From positions 6,867 through 70,866 of the forward strand of contig CABZAL010000005.1 of assembly GCA_902523675.1 (NCBI GenBank): DNA of 64,000 nt, given 5' to 3'. The notes under the pieces are model-generated. The model was not told the origin of the DNA. It ran no database searches and saw nothing but the letters and a program-made list of their open reading frames with translations. How positions within the stretch are numbered: the first letter of the stretch is position 1; each line of letters starts with the position of its first letter. The stretch is from an uncultured Alphaproteobacteria bacterium. Its GTDB lineage: Bacteria > Pseudomonadota > Alphaproteobacteria > Methylaequorales > Methylaequoraceae. Positions 1-7,422 of this stretch are shown here, in pieces. The position numbers were made by a program, and so were the translations under genes.

Positions 1-1
1 A

Positions 2-130
2 AAATTATCTTTTTTCTCTATTCCCAGAAATAAAACAAGAAAAGCAACTATTGAAGTGATAAAAAATGCTCTCATTGCAAATGGGTGGAAATTTGTTGAA
101 AAATCTGAAAGGAGTAAGAATAAATCTTGA
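2..130 (+). CDS. 3' end of a hypothetical protein running in from the window edge (...NALIANGWKFVEKSERSKNKS*)
   Basis: Open frame from base 2 to TGA at 128-130; the stop directly abuts repeat copy R1. Confidence 0.55.
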   Translation, partial: KLSFFSIPRNKTRKATIEVIKNALIANGWKFVEKSERSKNKS

Positions 131-370
131 GTCCGTGCAGAAGTCGTGCAGAAAAAACACTCATTTGCAACGCACTTTGCAACGCACTTTTTAAGAAACC
201 CCTAGAAACAGAGGGTCTTAGACCAAACACCGAGACACAGAAGTCTCATCGGCAAGGGCGGACAATTGTTCGCCCTTGTTTGTTTTAGGTATACTCACAA
301 AGGGTTTCAGAGGGGTCACTCACCAGAAAAAAAGGGAAAATGAAACGAGTTAAGTACAACGCACTTTTGC
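131..370 (+). repeat. att-like composite repeat, copy R1
   Basis: Left tandem CGTGCAGA x2, CAACGCACTTT at 168, 180 and 357, 37-bp core tagaccaWacaccgagacacagaagtctcatcggcaa at 219-255, hairpin CAAGGGCG...CGCCCTTG; homologous to R2-R4. Confidence 0.9.
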
Positions 371-435
371 TTTTTCATTTTCATGAGAGTGATATCCAAG
401 AAATTTGGAAAACTAAGAAGATGTAAATTATACAA

Positions 436-1209
436 TTAGTACAAAAAAGTATAACCACTAAAAATATTAAAATCGTCCCCCTTACCTAATAGTCTATGAT
501 TTAAACCTATGTCAAATATAAGATTTTTACTTTGCGAGTAAGTTGCACCAAATCCAATTATGTTTGATACCTTGTAATCCACATCATTACTTTTGATAGC
601 AATAATTTCTGAATAAAGACCCAATGAATTTTGCATATTTATTCCTAATAGACCTGAAATAATAAATTCAATATCAAAATTTTGTTCATCATCATCATAC
701 ACATAATCTGTTTCAAACATGAAATCTAAATTTAGTGTATCAAAAATATTAGTAGAAAATGGAAAAATAATTCCTCCTTCTACTTTGTTATTGCCTATCT
801 CATTGTCAGCAGTAGGTAATTTTATGTAAGGCATTAATCCAAATGCAGATTTCCCGTCGTCATTTACCCAAATATTCTTTTTAATACTAATTTGAAAATC
901 TCCATTACCGTCATTTGTTTTTTTGTTAGACTCTTGATTAATATATGGTTCAAAAACTAACTGTAGATCTATTGAATTATTCAAACCAATTCTAAAATTA
1001 AATGGATGTATGAACCAAGTATTCACGTCACTATTTTGAGAATAGTCAAAAATATTGCTTTCTACCTGTTTTACTCCAGCATCTATAGTAAATCCACTTT
1101 CGGTGAAAGTCGTGGCATAAACTTTTTTATAATCAATAAGAAAATTTATAAAAATTAAAATTAAGAAAGAAAATTTTGTAATTAGAAAGTTTTGTTTTTT
1201 TGTTAACAT
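436..1209 (-). CDS. Outer-membrane 'transporter' beta-barrel, Phenol_MetA_deg (PF13557)-like
   Basis: N-terminal signal-like segment; TESGFTIDAG..QVE and FGLMPYIKLPTA..GN..VEGG motifs typical of this family; aromatic C-terminus GYTFLY. Confidence 0.65.
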   Translation of the reverse strand: MLTKKQNFLITKFSFLILIFINFLIDYKKVYATTFTESGFTIDAGVKQVESNIFDYSQNSDVNTWFIHPFNFRIGLNNSIDLQLVFEPYINQESNKKTNDGNGDFQISIKKNIWVNDDGKSAFGLMPYIKLPTADNEIGNNKVEGGIIFPFSTNIFDTLNLDFMFETDYVYDDDEQNFDIEFIISGLLGINMQNSLGLYSEIIAIKSNDVDYKVSNIIGFGATYSQSKNLIFDIGLNHRLLGKGDDFNIFSGYTFLY

Positions 1210-1538
1210 TTAATTAATAGATTGATTTTTATTGAAATTAGGTAGAAATTAATTTTGTTACTTAAATAAAAGAATTTAAGTTTTATTCTAGATTATATTT
1301 TTGAATGTTTTTACCCAGCAAGATCATAAAAAAATAGATCCGACTGTTTTAGATAAATAAAATTATTTGGGATATGTTCAATTTAAAAATAAATTACAAA
1401 TTACACAAATAATGCAAACTTGATCATATTACACAGACTTTTTCTCTTCTTATTTTTTCAATATCTATATAAATCTTCATAGAATCGGTTCAAACATTGT
1501 AAATTATTATATTTTGCTTGAACCAATCATAATTCATA

Positions 1539-1712
1539 TTATTCTTTTTTTTCCTCAGTTGATTCTTCTTTTTTATCTTCAGAAGTCTCTTCGTTTGTTT
1601 CTTCAGTTGTTTCTTCCACAACTTCTTTTTTTTCGCCGTGCCCGTCTGCTTTTACGGATTCTGAGGAAAATAAGAATGCTAAGGAAAAAAATAAAATGTA
1701 CAAATATTTCAT
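1539..1712 (-). CDS. Small secreted acidic peptide (57 aa), predicted mature N-terminus DGH
   Basis: GGAG at 1719-1722 lies 6 nt before ATG 1712 (the ORF-track TTG start overlaps the SD); signal peptide MKYLYILFFSLAFLFSSESVKA then an E/K/T-rich tail. Confidence 0.7.
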   Translation of the reverse strand: MKYLYILFFSLAFLFSSESVKADGHGEKKEVVEETTEETNEETSEDKKEESTEEKKE

Positions 1713-1836
1713 ATATATCTCCAAAAAAGTTACTATATATAACCTAACAAATATTAAATATTTTTAAAAATTTATATTCTTTATATCTGCTATAATTCCA
1801 AATTATAATGACTATACTTACTACGATAAAAAGTAA

Positions 1837-2063
1837 TCCGTGCAGAAGTCGTGCAGAAAAAAAACTGATTTGCGCTCCACTTTTTAAAAAAACCCCAGTT
1901 ATTTAGGGTTATAGACCATACACCGAGACACAGAAGTCTCATCGGCAATGTTCACCCTTGTTTGTTTTAGGTAGACTCACAAAGGAATTCAGAGGATTCA
2001 CTCAACAGAAAAAGATAAAATGAAATGGGTTTAAGTGCAGACATGCGCAGACCCTGTGCGGAC
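1837..2063 (+). repeat. att-like composite repeat, copy R2
   Basis: tccgtgcagaagtcgtgcag left end, core at 1912-1948, short deletion in the second hairpin, right-end triplet gtgcagac/gcgcagac/gtgcggac at 2035, 2045, 2056. Confidence 0.9.
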
Positions 2064-2175
2064 ACTTATGAGTGTTCATCATTTGTTTTTCTAGATTGTT
2101 AGAATGGTTTAAAGTATTGTAAGTTTTTTTTTAAGTTGCTTGATCAATGACTTGAAAATTTATTAAAATTTATTT

Positions 2176-2715
2176 ATGAAAAAATTATACTTCAAATTTT
2201 TTAAAATATATTTTTAATTTCAATCATATTTTTTGGTTGTGTAAAAGCAAATTCATCTGAGGGTATTAATGATATCAAAAATTTATTAGAAGGAAGGTAT
2301 GAACTGATTTATTGGACAGAAAATAACATCCAATATTATTACCCAGAAGTAGCAGGAATATTTATCTTAAATAATAATAATGCTTTAATTAGCTTGGATA
2401 AAAATATGGATACAAATTAAGTCTGTCGAATTAATAGGATGGGGGAAATATACAATTAAAAATGAATCATTTCATATCAGATGGCATGATTGGAAGTTAT
2501 TATTGATTGAAAATAATATTAAAACAGTGAAAAAAAAATCTCCTTGGGAAGGCATGAAAGAATATAATGTTTCTTTTAATGATAATAAATTAGTTTTAAC
2601 TTCAATAACTGGTAAACAATCTTGAAACATAAGCAAAAATTCTATAGTTTATAGAGATAAAGAATGGGGATAAGATAAAAACGAAGTTGTAAGATATTGG
2701 AAAAGAGTAGATTAA
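2176..2715 (+). pseudogene. Decayed gene for a secreted, possibly lipocalin-like beta protein
   Basis: Manual translation gives a signal peptide, then LLEGRYELIYW...LIGWGKYTI...SPWEGMKEYNV...VVRYWKRVD*, interrupted by two frameshifts and two in-frame stops (TGA, TAA). Confidence 0.65.
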
Positions 2716-2985
2716 AAAAGATTCATTTGCCATCACACATGGTTCTTGTAATTTTTTCAATATAAATAATAGTTATTTTTCATCGATTTATTAGACTGAT
2801 TTGAGAGAATGTTAGGAAGTCTGAGCAGTTCCTAAAAATCACTTTCAAAAATGTATGTTTTCTAGGATTTTATTTTCAAAAAAATGGTAGTCTAAATCTA
2901 AAGTTTTAGACTGAATGTTAGTTTTTATAAAACAACTAAATACTGGTAAAATATTTATATCAACCCTAGTATAATAAAGTAATAA

Positions 2986-3417
2986 ATGTCATTAAAAAGT
3001 GTTTTAAAAAAGATTCCAGACTTCAAAGGTGCAAATTTTCTTATAAGAGTCCCTCTTGCTATTGTATTTATTTTGCAGGGATTATCAAAGTTACCACTTA
3101 ATATTTCTGATGCAGAATCTTACGGTTTGCCAATGACTGTCTGGTTTTTTGTTGCGTGGGGAGAACTTCTTTCAGGGATTGGGTTGCTAATTGGTGGATT
3201 ATTAGTAACAAAAAAACTTAATAGTTATGGTGGATTAATAACAAGGTTCAGCGGTATTGTCATATGTGGTATTATGACGGGCATTATTTTGATGCAAGAA
3301 CCGGAAAGTCTTTTAGATGTATTGTTATACGATAATTTTCATGTAATGCTTTATTGTGGAGGATTGTTCTTTGCACTTAGAGGGAATAGAGTCTATTTAG
3401 AGGATAATAAAGAATAA
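2986..3417 (+). CDS. DoxX family membrane protein
   Basis: LIRVPLAIVFILQGLSK, WGELLSGIGLLIG and TRFSG motifs; four hydrophobic segments. Confidence 0.75.
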   Translation: MSLKSVLKKIPDFKGANFLIRVPLAIVFILQGLSKLPLNISDAESYGLPMTVWFFVAWGELLSGIGLLIGGLLVTKKLNSYGGLITRFSGIVICGIMTGIILMQEPESLLDVLLYDNFHVMLYCGGLFFALRGNRVYLEDNKE

Positions 3418-3518
3418 TCAAAAAACAAAAAATAATTAAAACTCATATTTTAGTTTTCTCAATTTAAAAGTTTTTACATTTATGGTACTATAATATTATT
3501 AATGAACAGGAGTAGTAA

Positions 3519-3668
3519 GTGACTAAAAAAAATAATATTGAAGAAACCTGTTGCAAATATACTTGTTGTGCAGATGGTTGTTGCAGTGAGGGTTGTAAAA
3601 CAGGAGAGTGTAGTACTGGTTGTTGCAAGGAAGGATGTTGTATTGATTCAGAAAACTGCTGTTCGTAG
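3519..3668 (+). CDS. Cys-rich metallothionein-like peptide 1 (49 aa, 14 Cys)
   Basis: AGGAG 6 nt before GTG; translation MTKKNNIEETCCKYTCCADGCCSEGCKTGECSTGCCKEGCCIDSENCCS; paralog at 4994-5122; absent from ORF track because of size. Confidence 0.8.
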   Translation: MTKKNNIEETCCKYTCCADGCCSEGCKTGECSTGCCKEGCCIDSENCCS

Positions 3669-3733
3669 AAATAAAATTTTATTTAACCTTTTATAATGAA
3701 AAGCGTTAAGTTGTATTTGATACATTGTTATTG

Positions 3734-4138
3734 TTAATAACAAAAACCAGTTCTTGAAAAATTGCAAGAAGTCATCCCTGGGAAATAGTAACTATGCGAA
3801 TAATAATGATAGTTTGAAAAATCAATATTTCTTCTTACTTCAAACTTTGATTCTTCATAATCTATTAAATTATAATATCTAAACATCGCCTCATTATCTG
3901 AAATTTCATTGTTTTTTACCATAATTTGAAGTCTTTTTATAGCATCTACAAATCTAGTATTTTCATTCCGACAATTTATATTATCGTTACAGTCCTTTTG
4001 AATCTTATTAAATGCACACGAAGAAAGATTAGTAAATTCACTAAATTTTTTTTCACAATCAACAAAATAACTGTAAGAATATTTGTTTGAGGCACAAGAA
4101 GTAATAATAAACAAACTAAAAATAAAAAAGTATTTCAT
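3734..4138 (-). CDS. Hypothetical lipoprotein
   Basis: Lipobox-like ITSC after a hydrophobic stretch; several Cys in the mature part. Confidence 0.65.
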   Translation of the reverse strand: MKYFFIFSLFIITSCASNKYSYSYFVDCEKKFSEFTNLSSCAFNKIQKDCNDNINCRNENTRFVDAIKRLQIMVKNNEISDNEAMFRYYNLIDYEESKFEVRRNIDFSNYHYYSHSYYFPGMTSCNFSRTGFCY

Positions 4139-4207
4139 ATAGGTTAATTTAATAATAATTTTTTAAATTTCAGTAAATATTTAATAATTCAACCAAACAG
4201 AAAAGTA

Positions 4208-4390
4208 GTCCGTGCAGAAGTCGTGCATAAAAAACACTAATTTGCGACCCATTTTGCCACTCACTATTTACGAAACCCCCAGTTACAAAGGGGTCTAGAC
4301 CATACACCGAGACACAGAAGTCTCATCGGCAAAGGCGGGCTGTTGGCTCTTGTGAGATTTAAAGACATTCGCAAAGGGGTTTCAAAAGCA
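4208..4390 (+). repeat. att-like composite repeat, copy R3
   Basis: gtccgtgcagaagtcgtgca left end, core at 4296-4332 identical to R2; right half homologous but diverged. Confidence 0.9.
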
Positions 4391-4495
4391 TGTTTTTTTA
4401 AAAACAAAAGTATTTGAAAATAATATGATTTAACTGGGATTCATCCTTGTTAATTTTTATATTGAAATTTAATTCATATTTATTAATTAAACCTT

Positions 4496-4741
4496 ATGAA
4501 ATTTTTTACATTCTATTTTCTTTTTTTTATTCTGGCTTTTATTTTGAATCTTATTCATCCAGATCGACAAGGAAAGATCTTATCATCAACTTTAAATGAA
4601 GTAATGTATTCTGGTTTTTTAAAGTCGCAAAGCGAATTATCTGCCACAGAAAAGACTACCCTTTCTTGTAAGTTCAAAAGTATGAATAGAAAATCCCCAA
4701 AATCTAAGTTGGAAGATAAAATCAGCAAAAGAAAAATTTAG
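4496..4741 (+). CDS. Hypothetical protein with hydrophobic N-terminus
   Basis: ORF track; only ORF between R3 and R4, ending just before R4; no recognisable motif. Confidence 0.35.
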   Translation: MKFFTFYFLFFILAFILNLIHPDRQGKILSSTLNEVMYSGFLKSQSELSATEKTTLSCKFKSMNRKSPKSKLEDKISKRKI

Positions 4742-4752
4742 TAACAGTGATA

Positions 4753-4890
4753 CACTATTTATAAAAGCCTATGAAATAAAAGTTCGTAGAACCTATATTG
4801 TGGCACAGTAATCTCGTCAGCACGGGCGACCAAATTGTTGACCTTTATTTGTTTTAGGTTAACTAAAGGAGTGTTTCAGAGAATTCAACT
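4753..4890 (+). repeat. att-like composite repeat, degenerate copy R4
   Basis: cactattt...tagaacctatattgtggcacagtaatctcgtcagcacgggcgacc...tttgttttaggt...gtttcagag aligns by eye with the core and right half of R1-R3; left tandem arm not recognisable. Confidence 0.7.
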
Positions 4891-4993
4891 TGAAATTAAT
4901 AAAAGAATTAAGGAAAGATTAAGTAACTTCATACAAAAGAATTTCCAATTGGTACATGCAACAATTATGGTAAACCAAATTTAGGAGTTTATA

Positions 4994-5122
4994 ATGATTA
5001 ATATTAAAAATAATTGTTGTAAACATACTTGCTGCGAAGACGGTTGTTGCGAAACAGGCAAGTGTAGTAAAACGAGTTGCAAGGATGGATGTTGTGCAGA
5101 TGCTGAGAACTGTTGTGAATAG
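4994..5122 (+). CDS. Cys-rich metallothionein-like peptide 2 (42 aa, 12 Cys)
   Basis: AGGAG upstream of ATG; translation MINIKNNCCKHTCCEDGCCETGKCSKTSCKDGCCADAENCCE; clear homolog of 3519-3668. Confidence 0.8.
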   Translation: MINIKNNCCKHTCCEDGCCETGKCSKTSCKDGCCADAENCCE

Positions 5123-5256
5123 ATAAAAGCTCGTCTTTAACCTATCGTAATCAATAATTTGATTGTGCATTCATTGTTATTTAATTCACATTATAACTTT
5201 TGTGGTCTTAATTTAGTAAACCTAAGGTGATCGCTATATATGATTCCAAATTCGTG

Positions 5257-5538
5257 TTAAATATTAAACCATGAGAAAATAAAATTTCCAGTGACCATGA
5301 GTGTACCAAAAAATACAAAACAATAGAACGTCCCAAATAAAAAAATGTAAGTTCCTGAAATTAAAAAACGAAAGAAAGAGGACATAGAACTTCCAAGTAA
5401 TTCAAGTCTAAGACTCATAATAAATGGGTTTAGTTTGTGTTTTGTTTTTTTATTCAACCAGTACACAGGATATGTAAATATCCAAAATATAGGAAGGAAT
5501 AATAATATATATAGTAGTGTAATTCCTAGTAGATCCAT
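5257..5538 (-). CDS. Small hypothetical membrane protein
   Basis: ORF track; ATG start, two hydrophobic segments. Confidence 0.5.
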   Translation of the reverse strand: MDLLGITLLYILLFLPIFWIFTYPVYWLNKKTKHKLNPFIMSLRLELLGSSMSSFFRFLISGTYIFLFGTFYCFVFFGTLMVTGNFIFSWFNI

Positions 5539-5699
5539 GTAATTAACATAACTTAAATATAATTTTTTGTTAAAACAAAATTTTTTAAAATCTATAATTA
5601 TTTGACAATGAGTTTTTGTATATGTTTAACTTAAAATGGTAAAGTAAAATTGTAACTTTTTAAAGTTTAAATCTCGGAAAAATAAAAATTTAAGCAAAA

Positions 5700-5870
5700 A
5701 TGATGAGTAATAAGTTTAAAGAAAGTATTCATCAAGAATTTGAAAGATTTATGAGAGATGAAATGGACGATAATGAAAAAAAACATTACCAAAATACATC
5801 AAGATTTAAGAATATGATTAAAGAAATCACCAAAGTGTTGATTGAAAAAAGTTTAAAAAGAAATATTTGA
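5700..5870 (+). CDS. Small hypothetical protein (56 aa)
   Basis: Manual translation MMSNKFKESIHQEFERFMRDEMDDNEKKHYQNTSRFKNMIKEITKVLIEKSLKRNI*; fills an otherwise empty gap. Confidence 0.45.
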   Translation: MMSNKFKESIHQEFERFMRDEMDDNEKKHYQNTSRFKNMIKEITKVLIEKSLKRNI

Positions 5871-5927
5871 ACTTTTCACTGTTTATATTCCGGTTTGCTA
5901 TTTTTATGTTACACTAAACATATAATT

Positions 5928-6236
5928 TTAATGAAGTGTCACTTTTTCTTTTGTATCTTCGTTATTATGTATAAATTTTTGACAAGGACTGTGCATATTC
6001 ACATATTCCTGCGCTGAGTGGACAATTCTGTGAGATTCTCTTATCAATCTTGAAAGCAAATATTTACTGATAGTAAGCTTATTTTTTTTATTTGATTTCA
6101 TTAGTTTTTGAAAAATATAATTGTACATCATATGTTTTTCATTCTTCTGCTCAAAAACTTGATTAATCATAACAAGCATTAAGTTTTTAAAATCATCGTC
6201 GTTCATATTTATAATGATAATAATTATTAATATCAT
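5928..6236 (-). CDS. Hypothetical protein
   Basis: ORF track; true start probably the later MNDDDF. Confidence 0.45.
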   Translation of the reverse strand: MILIIIIIINMNDDDFKNLMLVMINQVFEQKNEKHMMYNYIFQKLMKSNKKNKLTISKYLLSRLIRESHRIVHSAQEYVNMHSPCQKFIHNNEDTKEKVTLH

Positions 6237-6263
6237 TTCAAGATTAATTTTATATTTTTTAAT

Positions 6264-6776
6264 TTACTTGTTTTTAGATATTAAAGTATCCATGTAAGCC
6301 AAAATCACACCACTAATTACAAAAGTAAAATGTATGGCTATGAATAAGATGATCTGTTCTTTCGTGTATTTATCTAAATCGAAAAATACTTTTAAAAGAT
6401 GAATCCCAGATATAGCCACAATTGAGGATACTAATTTAAGTTTTAATCCCTTAAAATCAACTGTTCCCATCCATTCTGGTTTATCCTCGTGGTTATTAAC
6501 ATCGATTTTAGAGACAAAATTTTCATAACCTGAAAATATTACAATTATCAACAAATTACCGGCAAATGATAAATCTATGAGAGTCAGTATAAATAAAATT
6601 AACTCTGTTTCATCAGTACTAAAGTTTAAAACGAAATGAAATATTTCTTTTATAAAAACTACTAATAAAAAAAATAAAGAAATTATTAAGCCAAAATAAA
6701 ATGGTGCAAGTATCCATCTTGACGCAAACATGACTCTTTCAAGAAATTTTTCAAAACTTTTAAGCATATCTTGCAA
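6264..6776 (-). CDS. YqhA/UPF0114 (TIGR00645) family membrane protein
   Basis: FASRWILAPFYFGL, LTLIDLSFAGNLLIIVIFSGYENFVSKID, PEWMGTVDF..LKLKLVSSIVAIS.IHLLK motifs. Confidence 0.85.
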   Translation of the reverse strand: MQDMLKSFEKFLERVMFASRWILAPFYFGLIISLFFLLVVFIKEIFHFVLNFSTDETELILFILTLIDLSFAGNLLIIVIFSGYENFVSKIDVNNHEDKPEWMGTVDFKGLKLKLVSSIVAISGIHLLKVFFDLDKYTKEQIILFIAIHFTFVISGVILAYMDTLISKNK

Positions 6777-6781
6777 AACAG

Positions 6782-6810
6782 AAAAAAAAAGGGGAACTTA
6801 ATCCCCTTTC
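6782..6810 (-). terminator. Intrinsic terminator-like hairpin
   Basis: Minus strand gaaaGGGGA-ttaagt-TCCCC followed by T9. Confidence 0.7.
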
Positions 6811-6839
6811 CGTATTTAAATCACACATCTCAATATTAT

Positions 6840-6914
6840 TTATTTTACCTTTGAAGGTTGCTCAGATAAAAAATACAATAAATTAAGATGTGAAAAATTT
6901 ATAATACTAGACAT
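6840..6914 (-). CDS. Candidate 24-aa small peptide MSSIINFSHLNLLYFLSEQPSKVK
   Basis: Strong SD AAAGGAGGT upstream of ATG, followed by a terminator hairpin. Confidence 0.5.
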   Translation of the reverse strand: MSSIINFSHLNLLYFLSEQPSKVK

Positions 6915-7020
6915 CAGACCACCTCCTTTATATTGGTTAAAACTAATTATAATTTAGTGTCAAATTTGAAAAAGTCAAAAATAATATTGTATAAACATAA
7001 AAAAATTTTTCATTGATTAA

Positions 7021-7422
7021 CTATGAAACTTCTACATTTTCAATCTGAAATTCTAATTCTTTGAACCCATTCGGAAACTCTTTTTCACTGATCGACATGA
7101 AACCCTCATCATAAAATTTTTGTTGTTGAATTGGTATAAAATTTTCTAACTCTACCATTATTTCATTATCTTGTTGAAACCAAGAAATAAAACAATCTTT
7201 AGCCGATTCAATATCATGAACAACGAGTTTTTTTTTTTGTATATTACAAAAATATTGACTGCCCTCTTCCATAAAATATAAATCAGATTTTTTGATATAG
7301 CTTGGGCATTCACCGCATTGACAATTTTCGACTAATTCTGAATAATGGAATTTTTCCGCTTTAATGAATAGTGAAAAATATATTTTGTAAGTTTTCATTA
7401 ATTTAATTCTACTACAAGGCAT
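7021..7422 (-). CDS. Hypothetical protein with CQCGECP motif
   Basis: ORF track; overlaps or closely follows the stop of the transporter, probably co-transcribed; start may be the later MKTY. Confidence 0.55.
   Translation of the reverse strand: MPCSRIKLMKTYKIYFSLFIKAEKFHYSELVENCQCGECPSYIKKSDLYFMEEGSQYFCNIQKKKLVVHDIESAKDCFISWFQQDNEIMVELENFIPIQQQKFYDEGFMSISEKEFPNGFKELEFQIENVEVS

Noticed and set aside
218-298. 26-aa ORF on the minus strand of R1 (VSIPKTNKGEQLSALADETSVSRCLV)
   Set aside because: The frame is broken by a deletion in R2 and not kept in R3 or R4, so the repeat is not conserved for coding
1514-1747. 77-aa plus-strand ORF
   Set aside because: Antisense shadow of the secreted acidic peptide, which has the SD and signal peptide
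2176-2715. TGA-as-Trp recoding to explain the in-frame TGA
   Set aside because: Core genes here (for example mraY and the metH N-terminal part) end in TGA, and the remnant also has an in-frame TAA and frameshifts
219-4332. 37-bp near-identical palindromic repeats read as a CRISPR array
   Set aside because: Intervals are 0.5-2.4 kb and contain genes, each repeat is embedded in much longer homologous flanks, and no cas genes are in the window
131-4890. Repeats read as classical integron attC sites
   Set aside because: No conserved RYYYAAC...GTTRRRY ends across copies (a GTTAAGT occurs only in R1), no long imperfect palindrome spanning the element, no intI, and modules hold several genes in both orientations
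4919-5170. 83-aa minus-strand Thr-rich ORF
   Set aside because: Antisense shadow of the Cys-rich peptide at 4994-5122 (ACA codons are reverse-complemented TGT)
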